Below, in pieces: positions 38,939 to 47,826 of a stretch of DNA of 64,000 bases. Position numbers and translations under genes: made by a program. The notes beneath the pieces are model-generated. The model saw only the letters and a list, made by a program, of their open reading frames with translations, searched no databases and had not been told where the DNA came from. Within the stretch, counting starts at the first letter, position 1. Every line of letters begins with the position of its first letter. This stretch comes from Candidatus Pacearchaeota archaeon (GTDB taxonomy: Archaea; Nanobdellota; Nanobdellia; UBA10117; JAFCGA01), in contig JAFCGA010000002.1 of assembly GCA_017608345.1 (NCBI GenBank), forward strand, positions 79,023 to 143,022, read 5' to 3'.

Positions 38939-39331
38939 ATGAGTATGAATGATCCAATGGCCAATGCATTGTCTAAGGTCGACAATGCTGAGCGTGCTGA
39001 AAAAACAGAGGTAGTAGTATCTCCGATATCTAAGCAGATGGTCGCGGTTTTCAACATCCTAAAGAAAGGGGGCTGGATAAAAGATTTCGAAGCAGTTCTT
39101 GACGCAAGGGGTGGACAGATTAAAATTACCTTAGCTAAGAGTATGAATCGAATCGGAGCAATAAAGCCACGTTTTCCAGTTAAGTTCGAAGATTTAGAGA
39201 AGTTCGAGAAGAGTTACCTCCCTGCTAAAGATTTCGGGCGGCTGATAATCTCTACACCGCAAGGAATGATGACTCATATTGAAGCAAGGAAGAAGAAAAT
39301 TGGAGGAATATTAATAGCATATGTCTACTGA
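38939..39331 (+). CDS. rps8: 30S ribosomal protein S8 (uS8)
   Basis: MNDPMANALSKVDNAE.. Confidence 0.95.
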   Translation: MSMNDPMANALSKVDNAERAEKTEVVVSPISKQMVAVFNILKKGGWIKDFEAVLDARGGQIKITLAKSMNRIGAIKPRFPVKFEDLEKFEKSYLPAKDFGRLIISTPQGMMTHIEARKKKIGGILIAYVY

Positions 39332-39854
39332 GCTCGAATTACCTGAAGGATATGAAGCAAAGGTTGAAGCTAGCCAGATATCTATCAAAAAGGAGAATAG
39401 CGAGTTAGTAAGGCGATTTCCAGCTCAGAAAATGGCTATTCGAGTTGAAAACAAAAAGATAATTATCGACTTAAAATTTAAAGATGCTAAGACCCGCGCG
39501 CTTCTTGGCACGTTTAAAGCACATATTAAAAATATGCTTGCGGGATTAAAGGAAGAATTTGTGTACAAGCTAAAGATTTGTTCAGTTCACTTCCCGATGA
39601 ATGTGCAGGTTAAAGGTAATGAACTGTCAATTAATAATTTCATTGGTGGTAAGAAAGCGCGCAATATTAAGATACCTCCTAGTGTAGATATTAGTGTTAA
39701 GGGTAATGATATTTTAGTAAAATCAAGAGACATTGAGCTAGCAGGAATGGCAGCCGCCAGGATTGAACAAATTACAAGGTTATCTAAGAAGGATCGGAGA
39801 GTCTTTCAAGATGGAATATTTATGGTAGAAAAAGCTGGGAAGGTAATTCGATGA
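39321..39854 (+). CDS. rpl6: 50S ribosomal protein L6 (uL6)
   Basis: Position and two-domain L6 pattern. Confidence 0.9.
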   Translation: MSTELELPEGYEAKVEASQISIKKENSELVRRFPAQKMAIRVENKKIIIDLKFKDAKTRALLGTFKAHIKNMLAGLKEEFVYKLKICSVHFPMNVQVKGNELSINNFIGGKKARNIKIPPSVDISVKGNDILVKSRDIELAGMAAARIEQITRLSKKDRRVFQDGIFMVEKAGKVIR

Positions 39855-40609
39855 CTGACTTAAAACAAAAGCTCGCTGAGCGCAAGAAATTGAAGAAAAA
39901 GACACCAACTTTCGCTAGACAGGAAGCTCATGTTAGAAAAAGATTGCCTAGCTCTTGGAGAAAACCACGAGGAGTTCACTCGAAAATGCGCAGAGGGAGA
40001 GCAGGAAAGCACGCAGTAGTTAAAATTGGATATGGTGGCCCCACTGAAGTCAGAGGGCTAACAAAAGAAGGTTTAGTGTCAATAACAGTTAGCACAGCAA
40101 AGGATCTTGCGATGATTACTGGAAAAGCAGCGATTTTATCTAGCACTATTGGGCGCAGGAAGAAATTGCAGATATTAGAAGCTGCAAAGAAGTCAAATAT
40201 ATCTTTTCAGAATGTCAAAGACGTAGCTGCCGAGATAATTAAACTCAAAACCGCTGTTGATAAGCAGAAGCTCGAAAAGAAAAAGCGATTCGAATCTAAG
40301 AAGAAAAAGAGGAAGCTATTCGCGAAGAAAGAAAAGAAAGACGACAAGAAACTTGAGAAAGAAGAGACGAAAGCAGAAGAGAAATCGCCTGAAAGTAAAG
40401 AGCAGAAACCCGCGGAGAAAAAGCAGGAAGCTAAACCTTTAGATGCCGTAAAGAAGACAGAGAGTAAGGAAAAGAGACCTGTAGAAAAGAAGCCGGAACC
40501 AAAAGTTGAGGCACCGAAAGTCGAGAAGAAGCAGCAAAAGCCTGCTGGAAAAGTATTAGAATCAAAACCAAAGAAGGTAGTTCCAAAAGTCGAGGAGAAA
40601 CGCCAGTGA
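39851..40609 (+). CDS. rpl32e: 50S ribosomal protein L32e with a roughly 125-aa K/E-rich C-terminal tail
   Basis: ..FARQEAHVRKRLPSSWRKPRG.HSKMR.. core. Confidence 0.9.
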   Translation: MTDLKQKLAERKKLKKKTPTFARQEAHVRKRLPSSWRKPRGVHSKMRRGRAGKHAVVKIGYGGPTEVRGLTKEGLVSITVSTAKDLAMITGKAAILSSTIGRRKKLQILEAAKKSNISFQNVKDVAAEIIKLKTAVDKQKLEKKKRFESKKKKRKLFAKKEKKDDKKLEKEETKAEEKSPESKEQKPAEKKQEAKPLDAVKKTESKEKRPVEKKPEPKVEAPKVEKKQQKPAGKVLESKPKKVVPKVEEKRQ

Positions 40610-41064
40610 AATTAAAATTACAAAAGAAACTTGCAGCAGATGTTGCTGGAGTGGGAAAAGGAAGAGTAAAATTAGGTAGCGAGAGCCTTGATGATATTAA
40701 ATCTGCGATTACTAAAGCAGATATTCGCGATTTGATTAGAGAAGGTGCAATAACGATTTCAGCGCTTACTGGTACTTCAAGACACCGAGCGCGAAAAAGA
40801 CAGATAAAGCGGAGCAAGGGACGTCAGCGCGGTATGGGTCGGAGAAAAGGAAAAGTCGGCGCTAGAACTCCGAAGAAGCGGACGTGGATGAATAAGATCC
40901 GCTTGCAAAGAAGCATACTCAAACGGCTTAGAGATAATAAAACGCTAGAGACAGCAACTTATCGTAAATTATACTTGCGAGCAAAAGGTGGCTTTTTCAG
41001 AAGCCGCAAGCATTTGTTGTTGTATATGGATCAGCAAGGTTATCTAAAAGGAGCACAAAAATAA
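40606..41064 (+). CDS. rpl19e: 50S ribosomal protein L19e
   Basis: MKLKLQKKLAADV...SRHRARKR.. Confidence 0.95.
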   Translation: MKLKLQKKLAADVAGVGKGRVKLGSESLDDIKSAITKADIRDLIREGAITISALTGTSRHRARKRQIKRSKGRQRGMGRRKGKVGARTPKKRTWMNKIRLQRSILKRLRDNKTLETATYRKLYLRAKGGFFRSRKHLLLYMDQQGYLKGAQK

Positions 41065-41526
41065 GTGGCAACCGGACCAAGATACGCAGTCAGGTTTAGA
41101 AGAAGACGTATGGGTAAAACTAACTATACAAAACGATTAGCTTTACTAAAATCAAAGTTACCGAGAATAGTTATTAGAAAATCTAATAGATATATAATTG
41201 CTCAAATACTCGAGACGACAAGCAAAGGCGATAAGGTTCTAGCCTCCACTCACTCGAAAGCACTTAAAAAATTAGGTTGGAAGCATGATTGCAAGAATAA
41301 ATATGCTGCTTATCTAACTGGATATATGCTTGGAAAATCAGCTAAAGTAGAAAAAGCTATAGCAGACCTTGGGCTAACAACTTTGACTAAAAATTGCAGG
41401 ATTTATGCCGCTCTGACCGGAGCAATAGATTCTGGTCTTGAAGTTCCGCATAGCGATAGTATGCGAGTAGAGATAAAAGGCAAGCTTGAAAAAGACTTCG
41501 AGGAGATTAAAAAGAAGATAAAATGA
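41065..41526 (+). CDS. rpl18: 50S ribosomal protein L18 (uL18), GTG start
   Basis: ..RFRRRRMGKTNYTKRL.. Confidence 0.9.
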   Translation: MATGPRYAVRFRRRRMGKTNYTKRLALLKSKLPRIVIRKSNRYIIAQILETTSKGDKVLASTHSKALKKLGWKHDCKNKYAAYLTGYMLGKSAKVEKAIADLGLTTLTKNCRIYAALTGAIDSGLEVPHSDSMRVEIKGKLEKDFEEIKKKIK

Positions 41527-41528
41527 TA

Positions 41529-41554
41529 AAGCGAATTTGATTATTCGCTTTTTC
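41529..41554 (+). terminator. Hairpin AAGCGAAT/ATTCGCTT followed by a T5 run, between L18 and S5
   Basis: 8-bp stem, 6-nt loop and oligo-T. It resembles an archaeal terminator or attenuator inside the cluster. Confidence 0.4.
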
Positions 41555-41565
41555 TCAATCACATC

Positions 41566-42366
41566 GTGATCAAGATGGTAACAGAAAACAAACCAGAAAC
41601 AGCAAAGCCGGAGAACGTAGAGACAAAGCTAGAAAAAGGAATAGCAATGGTTCCGCAAGAGAAGAAGGTCGAGATAGTTCGGGAACCTACGGCAATGGAT
41701 TTGTGGGAACCTCGGACTGAACTAGGAAAACGAGTAAAAAGCGGAGAAATTAATGATATATCTCAAGTAATTGAATATGGAACTAGAATTATGGAGCCGG
41801 AAATAGTTGATTTCCTAGTCTCGGAGTTAGGTTCAGAGTTCTTATTAATCGGTCAAGCTAAAGGTAAATTCGGTGGCGGCCGAAGAAGAATATTCAAGCA
41901 GACTCAGAAAAAGACTAAGGCAGGTAACAAGCCGCATTTCACTGCCATGGCAGTAGTTGGAAATGATAATGGCTACGTCGGTGTCGGAACAGGAAGTTCC
42001 AAGGAAACCCTCCCAGCAAGGCAAAAAGCTCTACGTATGGCTAAATTAAACATATCTCAAATTAGCCGTGGCTGCGGAGCATGGGAATGTGGCTGCGGAG
42101 AACCTCATTCGCTTCCATTTAAAGTCAAAGGTAGATGCGGAAGTGTTAGGGTGGAATTGCTTCCAGCACCAAAAGGAGTTGGTCTTTGTGTGGATAAAGA
42201 CATTAAGAAGCTAATGAAGCTCGCGGGAATAAAGGACGTATGGTCGAAGACCTACGGTCAGACTAAAAGTAAGATTAATTTTGTAAACGCATGCAAGAAT
42301 GCATTGGAAAAAACAATCAGCACCCGTACGAATAAGGACCAGGAGAAGCAAATTAAGTTTGGATAA
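41566..42366 (+). CDS. rps5: 30S ribosomal protein S5 (uS5) with an N-terminal extension (GTG at 41566 or ATG at 41575)
   Basis: ..AMAVVGNDNGYVGVGTGSSKE.. Confidence 0.9.
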   Translation: MIKMVTENKPETAKPENVETKLEKGIAMVPQEKKVEIVREPTAMDLWEPRTELGKRVKSGEINDISQVIEYGTRIMEPEIVDFLVSELGSEFLLIGQAKGKFGGGRRRIFKQTQKKTKAGNKPHFTAMAVVGNDNGYVGVGTGSSKETLPARQKALRMAKLNISQISRGCGAWECGCGEPHSLPFKVKGRCGSVRVELLPAPKGVGLCVDKDIKKLMKLAGIKDVWSKTYGQTKSKINFVNACKNALEKTISTRTNKDQEKQIKFG

Positions 42367-42834
42367 ATGAAATTAGCAGTAGTTAGAGTAAGAGGCATAG
42401 TTGGAGTAAATCAGCGGATAGAGGATACTATGAAACTTCTTCGGCTGTATAAAAAGAATCACTGTGTTGTTGTCGAAGATTCCAAAGCTGTTCGAGGCAT
42501 GCTAAATAAGATTAAAGATTATAGCACTTTTGGAGAGGTCGACGAAAAGACCGTTAACGAGCTCCTAGAAAAGCGCGGGCGAGTAGTTGGTAATAAACCA
42601 CTCACTGAAGCTTGGACTAGAAAGCAAGCTAAGATGGATATCAAACAGTTAGCTGCTAAGTTCTTCAAAGGAGATATTAAGTTAAAGGACGTTCCAGGAT
42701 TAAAGCCTTGGTTTAAACTAGCTCCTCCGCGAGGCGGTTTCGAGCGAGAGGGTATAAAGAAGGCTTTCTCAGTCGGCGGGGTTTTGGGTTATCGGAAAGA
42801 TAAGATTAGTGCTTTGATTCGGAGGATGATTTAG
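42367..42834 (+). CDS. rpl30: 50S ribosomal protein L30 (uL30)
   Basis: MKLAVVRVRG....TMKLLRL.. Confidence 0.9.
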   Translation: MKLAVVRVRGIVGVNQRIEDTMKLLRLYKKNHCVVVEDSKAVRGMLNKIKDYSTFGEVDEKTVNELLEKRGRVVGNKPLTEAWTRKQAKMDIKQLAAKFFKGDIKLKDVPGLKPWFKLAPPRGGFEREGIKKAFSVGGVLGYRKDKISALIRRMI

Positions 42835-42835
42835 A

Positions 42836-43231
42836 ATGGCAGATATAATTGCAGAGGTAATAGTCTCAAATATAGATACGGATTATCTTAGGATGTGTAT
42901 ATTAAGTGGAGAATCTAGCTCCGCAACGCTAGCTGATAAGAAGCAGACAGAGTTAGAAGGAATACGAAGATTTGTCCCCGCACTAGAGTCTCTCAGAGAT
43001 AAATTGGATCTAGATTTTGATATCTTTGCGCATAAGCGGAGCTGGGATGGCCAGATTTTTTTGTATTTAGGAGAACGTACATATTCAGATAGACCTTATA
43101 TGAATAGCCGATGGCATACAGCGATCACCACAGCTAGTCCGCTTTCTGAGCAAATATCTCTAGATGTTCAATCTACAATTGCTCAACAATTTGTTGACGC
43201 AGTAGAGAACTATAAAGCAGAGAATAATTAA
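42836..43231 (+). CDS. Hypothetical 131-aa acidic protein inserted between L30 and L15
   Basis: 1-nt spacers on both sides. No ribosomal protein signature. Confidence 0.6.
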   Translation: MADIIAEVIVSNIDTDYLRMCILSGESSSATLADKKQTELEGIRRFVPALESLRDKLDLDFDIFAHKRSWDGQIFLYLGERTYSDRPYMNSRWHTAITTASPLSEQISLDVQSTIAQQFVDAVENYKAENN

Positions 43232-43232
43232 C

Positions 43233-43622
43233 ATGTCAATAACTCACAAAACCACAAAAACTCGGAAAAAGCGAGCTAGTCGTACTTATGGCTGGGGCGG
43301 AGGTAAAAAACACCGCGGAGCTGGCTCTAGAGGTGGAAGAGGTAAGGCTGGTTCTGGAAAGCGAGGTCAGCAGAGAGAAACCAAGTATCTTGCTAAACAT
43401 ATAAAAATGGTTGGGAAGCACGGTTTTAAATCACATATAAAGCGATTGAAGATAATTAATGTCTCAGAGATTTCTAAATTAGCAAAAAACAACGAAGTCG
43501 ATATAACTAATTACAAACTCCTTGGCAGCGGAAATATCAGCGAAAAGCTTAAAGTTAAAGTTAAACAATACACTAAGAAAGCTGAAGAAAAAATCAAAGC
43601 TGCTGGTGGAGAGATTGTGTAA
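43233..43622 (+). CDS. rpl15: 50S ribosomal protein L15 (uL15)
   Basis: ..GGGKKHRGAGSRGGRGKAG.. Confidence 0.95.
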   Translation: MSITHKTTKTRKKRASRTYGWGGGKKHRGAGSRGGRGKAGSGKRGQQRETKYLAKHIKMVGKHGFKSHIKRLKIINVSEISKLAKNNEVDITNYKLLGSGNISEKLKVKVKQYTKKAEEKIKAAGGEIV

Positions 43623-45016
43623 TGGTCGACTGGAAAAAGATAGTAGAGTCTTTTCCTGAAGTAGATAGGCCTAAAACAAAGAAACTTGGCTTTAACGCAA
43701 AACTCAAGTGGACAGGTATTGTCCTTTTATTATATTTTCTCTTACTTCATATTCCCTTGCATGGTTTGGGGGCTAATGCTCTTGAGCAATTCGAGTATCT
43801 TTCTATTATTCTTGGAGCGAGTTTTGGTTCAATAATCTCTTTAGGTATTGGACCTATCGTAACAGCGTCTATTGTTCTGCAATTATTAATGGGCTCGGGC
43901 ATGCTTAATCTCGATATGAACACGCACGAAGGCAAAATCAAGTTCCAAGCTCTGCAAAAAATCGCAACCATCGCGTTCATAATTTTCGAAGCAATAGTTT
44001 ACGTTTTCATGGGTGGTCTCGCACCAGCACCGGAACTGGCAGGAACATCTGTTTTCTTGTATATTCAGATTGGATTAGTGATTCAGCTAGCTATTGGCGG
44101 TTATATGCTCGTGCTTATGGATGAAATTATAACTAAATGGGGCTTTGGTTCAGGAGTTTCACTATTTATTGCGGGTGGAGTTTCAAGACAAATATTTATT
44201 TCTGCGCTGAATTGGCTACCTTCGCCGACAAATCCAAATGTACCGGTCGGTAGAATTCCTTTTTTAATTCAAGCTTTAGGGCAAGGAGATCCGTTAGGTG
44301 CATTGATTGCGATTATAGCCATAGTTGCTACTATCGTCGTTTTCTTGCTCTGCGTATATGGGCAGGCTATGAAAGTAGAGATACCGCTCTCCTTTGGTAG
44401 AGTGAGAGGGTATGGTATGCGATGGCCGCTTAAATTCATGTACACTTCTAATATTCCCGTTATACTTATTGCTGCACTGATGGCGAATATCCAGCTATGG
44501 GCTAGACTGTTGCAGAACTGGGGGCACCCGATATTAGGCACTTTTTCAGGTAATGCTCCTGCTACCGGGCTTGTAAAATGGATAGCATCTCCAGATATTG
44601 TAAGATCTTTAGTTGTAGGTGCTGCTACCGGAGAAATGGTCATCCAAGCTGTTGTTTATACTGCGCTGATGGTCGGTGGAGCAATCTTATTCTCGGTTCT
44701 GTGGGTAAAAACCGCTAACATGGACGCTAAGGCTCAAGCTAAGCAGATTCTAGCTTCGGGATTGCAAGTTCCGGGATTTAGAAGAGATCCTAGAATTTTA
44801 GAGTCGGTACTTAATCGATATATTCCTGGTTTAACGATTATGGGTGGAGCACTAGTTGGTTTGCTAGCAGCAGTGGCAGATCTATCTGGCGCATTAAGCC
44901 GAGGTACAGGTATTTTACTTACAGTTATGATTGTGTATAAGCTATTCGAGGATATTTCTAGACAGCATGCGTATGATATGCATCCTGCATTACGTAAGTT
45001 CATGAGTCCCGAATAG
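43622..45016 (+). CDS. secY: Preprotein translocase subunit SecY
   Basis: 10-TM SecY pattern and its position after L15. Confidence 0.95.
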   Translation: MVDWKKIVESFPEVDRPKTKKLGFNAKLKWTGIVLLLYFLLLHIPLHGLGANALEQFEYLSIILGASFGSIISLGIGPIVTASIVLQLLMGSGMLNLDMNTHEGKIKFQALQKIATIAFIIFEAIVYVFMGGLAPAPELAGTSVFLYIQIGLVIQLAIGGYMLVLMDEIITKWGFGSGVSLFIAGGVSRQIFISALNWLPSPTNPNVPVGRIPFLIQALGQGDPLGALIAIIAIVATIVVFLLCVYGQAMKVEIPLSFGRVRGYGMRWPLKFMYTSNIPVILIAALMANIQLWARLLQNWGHPILGTFSGNAPATGLVKWIASPDIVRSLVVGAATGEMVIQAVVYTALMVGGAILFSVLWVKTANMDAKAQAKQILASGLQVPGFRRDPRILESVLNRYIPGLTIMGGALVGLLAAVADLSGALSRGTGILLTVMIVYKLFEDISRQHAYDMHPALRKFMSPE

Positions 45017-46006
45017 TTAGAATTCTTTATTTGGTATTTCTTTCATAAATTCAGAAATAGCGTCTGCTGGCGGTCTATTTTCAAATAAAATAGAATAAAT
45101 CATTTCTATTAATGGTAGCTTTAAATCATGCGTTTTGGCTAGATCCTTAGCAATCTTAGTAGCAGAAACGCCTTCTGTAACTTGAGTCATTTCTGATTGA
45201 CCATCGCTCAAGGATAGTCCTTTTCCGATTTTCTCGCCAAGAGTTCGATTTCTGCTATGCTTGCTAGTCGAAGTTACAAATAAATCCCCCAGTCCACCTA
45301 AGCCAGTCATCGTTAGTGGCTGCGCACCTAATTTAACTGCTAGTTGAGAGATTTCAGCTAGCCCACGAGTTACTAGCGCAGATTTTGTGTTTGGGCCGAA
45401 TCCAAGGCCGTCGCAAATGCCGGCAAGTAGTGCGATTATGTTCTTGAAAGCTCCACCTAGCTCAACGCCTTTGACGTCGTTACTTAGGTAAATTTTGTAA
45501 TAAGGTGCTGAAAAAGTAGCTTGCGCAGTCTTTAGAGCTTCATCGTCTTCGGAAGCAAAAACTACGACTGTTGGAATCTCCGCTGCAAGCTCGTTAGCAA
45601 TAGATGGACCGCCTATAGCAATTATTGGGTTATTCGGAAGCTCTTCTCGGATGACTTCGGACATTAATTTATTTGTGTTTTGTTCTAATCCTTTGGCTAC
45701 GTCCACAATGATCTGATTCTCTTTTATGAATTGTGCAGCTTGTTTTGCAACCACTCTGACAATGTGTGAAGGGACTGCGAGGAGAATTATTTCTGCTTCA
45801 GAAATTGCTTCTTCGATATTTAGCGTCACGATTAATGCTTTTTCTAGCTTTATTCCTGAAAGATATTTCTTATTTTCATTATCCTTGTTTATGCTTTCAA
45901 AGACTTCCTTTTCGATAGTCCAAGTGACTACTTCATGCTTGTTTTTAGTAAGAAGATTAGCTAAAGTAGTGCCCATGTTGCCAGCACCGAGAACTGCTAT
46001 TTTCAT
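45017..46006 (-). CDS. gpsA: NAD(P)H-dependent glycerol-3-phosphate dehydrogenase (bacterial GpsA type)
   Basis: MKIAVLGAGNMGT.., GGAFKNIIALLAGICDGLGFG.N, LVTRGLAEI, GLGDL.VT..S..SRNR. Its stop codon abuts the secY stop with 0 nt between them. Confidence 0.85.
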   Translation of the reverse strand: MKIAVLGAGNMGTTLANLLTKNKHEVVTWTIEKEVFESINKDNENKKYLSGIKLEKALIVTLNIEEAISEAEIILLAVPSHIVRVVAKQAAQFIKENQIIVDVAKGLEQNTNKLMSEVIREELPNNPIIAIGGPSIANELAAEIPTVVVFASEDDEALKTAQATFSAPYYKIYLSNDVKGVELGGAFKNIIALLAGICDGLGFGPNTKSALVTRGLAEISQLAVKLGAQPLTMTGLGGLGDLFVTSTSKHSRNRTLGEKIGKGLSLSDGQSEMTQVTEGVSATKIAKDLAKTHDLKLPLIEMIYSILFENRPPADAISEFMKEIPNKEF

Positions 46007-46092
46007 AATTAGTTATTAAGACAAACTCTTAAAAGAATAGTTGGTGCCACTCTATCCAAAAACCTTAAGAATACTTAGTAAATAGTAGAAGC

Positions 46093-46533
46093 ATGACATT
46101 TTTAGCAGCCGAGCCAGTGGTATTAGGGCTTAGTCCATTTTGGTTTTTATTACTTATTTCGATAGCGTTGTCTGTATTTGTCTCTCTTGTCTATAAATTT
46201 ATGACCGATCAGACGCTTATGAAGGAGCTAAAGAAGGATCTTAAAAAATATCAGGCAGGTATGAAAGACGCAAAGGACGATACTGCTAAAGTTAGCGAGC
46301 TGTCTAAAAAAGCAATGTCTGCGAATATGAAATACATGAAGCAGACTATGCGGCCGATGCTGATAACTATGCTGCCATTTATGCTTATATTTTGGTGGCT
46401 TCGAAAAATATTCGGAGAAGTTATTGTAGTTCCCCTATCTTTCTGGCCAGGTCATTTAGGATGGGTTGGGACATATATAATATTCTCGATGATCTTTACA
46501 ACTCTATTTAGGAAATTACTTAAAGTTTCTTAA
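46093..46533 (+). CDS. DUF106 / EMC3-Oxa1-superfamily membrane insertase-like protein
   Basis: A TM helix, then a K-rich coiled loop (KELKKDLKKYQ), then TM helices. This is the usual position in the archaeal secY-adk-DUF106-cmk neighbourhood. Confidence 0.7.
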   Translation: MTFLAAEPVVLGLSPFWFLLLISIALSVFVSLVYKFMTDQTLMKELKKDLKKYQAGMKDAKDDTAKVSELSKKAMSANMKYMKQTMRPMLITMLPFMLIFWWLRKIFGEVIVVPLSFWPGHLGWVGTYIIFSMIFTTLFRKLLKVS

Positions 46534-46668
46534 CGTCTCAAAAAGAGAAAAAGGATTTTCCGCCTCCGCTTTGCGAGTCGGTTTGTAGACCCACGGGGAA
46601 AGGGGAGTTGTGGAAGTTGCTGAAGGTGTCTTAGAAAGTTTTTTAAGTTTTAGTTTGGCCTCTCAACT

Positions 46669-47337
46669 ATGGCTAAAACTGTGATCAAGCTCGGTGGATC
46701 GTTAATTGTACCGGATCGGATCGATACTAACTTTTTAGTGGGATTTAAGACGGTTGTAGCGGATTATATTCATGCAGATAATCAAGTCGGTCTTGTAATT
46801 GGTGGCGGCGCAACGGCACGTAATTATCAGATAGCGGCGGAGCAATTTAATTCTTATGAACACAGCTTAGACGAAATAGGCATACAGGCTACGCGTTTAA
46901 ATGCCTTGCTTGTAAAATCTGCGTTTGGAGAGCTAGCTTATCCTCAGATTTATGTTGATTACTCTCAGCAAATCTCTGATTTCAAGCTCTTGATCGCAGC
47001 AGGGGATGAACCGGGTCACTCTACAGATTATGGTATGGTACGCCTTGCTCGAAATATCGGAGCTACAAAAGCGATAGTTATGACAAATGTTGATTGTATT
47101 TATTCTTCTGATCCTCGCAAGGATTCTGCTGCTAGTCCAATATTCAATATGCGTTGGGCACAATATCGAGATATGGTGGGAAGCTGGCAGCCAGGAATGC
47201 ATGTTCCAATTGATCCCGTTGCAGCTCAGGTCGCAGAGTCGATTGAGCTAGAAATAATTGTAGCTGGCTCGGACCTCGGAAATCTGGAGAATATCTTGCA
47301 GGGAAAAGTATTCCGCGGCACGACTATCCGACCGTAA
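46669..47337 (+). CDS. pyrH: UMP kinase (amino-acid-kinase fold)
   Basis: VIKLGGS..., VIGGGATARNY. Confidence 0.7.
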   Translation: MAKTVIKLGGSLIVPDRIDTNFLVGFKTVVADYIHADNQVGLVIGGGATARNYQIAAEQFNSYEHSLDEIGIQATRLNALLVKSAFGELAYPQIYVDYSQQISDFKLLIAAGDEPGHSTDYGMVRLARNIGATKAIVMTNVDCIYSSDPRKDSAASPIFNMRWAQYRDMVGSWQPGMHVPIDPVAAQVAESIELEIIVAGSDLGNLENILQGKVFRGTTIRP

Positions 47338-47376
47338 CTTATATAAACCCACTTTTCAAGCTTAGTTTATATGTTC

Positions 47377-47440
47377 ACACGTCGGAAACTCGCTTTTCAG
47401 AAAAGCGAGGCCAAAACCGATAGCCCAAATTTCCTTGTGT
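47377..47440 (+). ncRNA. 64-nt variant of the ACACGTCGGAAA...TTTCCTTGTGT hairpin element, in the L34e leader
   Basis: It has the same outer stems as 29979-30018. The inner part is replaced by CTCGCTTTT CAG AAAAGCGAG plus GCCAAAACC. Confidence 0.45.
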
Positions 47441-47474
47441 GTTTATTCCTGTGCAGTTGAGTAAGTTAATAAAA

Positions 47475-47825
47475 ATGGCATTAAAAACAATCAAAAAGCG
47501 TACGCCCGGTGGAAAAACCGTCATTCATCGAAAGAAGAAAATGACTTCTAAGCATAAGTGCGCTATCTGTCATGATCTCTTGCATGGAACGCCAAGAGGG
47601 CCAAGAGTTGAAATTAGACGATTATCTAAGACTCAGCGGCGTCCGAGCAGGCCGTTCGGAGGTCAATTATGTTCAAAATGCTCACGAAAGATCATTAGTT
47701 TTAAAGCAAGAGTTAATAGCAAGCTAATCGAGCCAAGTGCGGTTCCAATTAGCTTAAGGAAGTATGTAAATAACGCGAATAAATTCGCGAATTTTATTCG
47801 CAAAACGAAAGAAGAAGGCAAATAA
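47475..47825 (+). CDS. rpl34e: 50S ribosomal protein L34e
   Basis: MALKTIKKRTPGGKTVIHRKKK...CAIC...CSKC. I moved the start to the second Met. Confidence 0.9.
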   Translation: MALKTIKKRTPGGKTVIHRKKKMTSKHKCAICHDLLHGTPRGPRVEIRRLSKTQRRPSRPFGGQLCSKCSRKIISFKARVNSKLIEPSAVPISLRKYVNNANKFANFIRKTKEEGK

Positions 47826-47826
47826 A

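Noticed and set aside
40257-40817. ORFs 40257-40442 (+) and 40431-40817 (-)
   Set aside because: They are alternative-frame or antisense artefacts of the low-complexity K/E-rich tail of L32e and the start of L19e.
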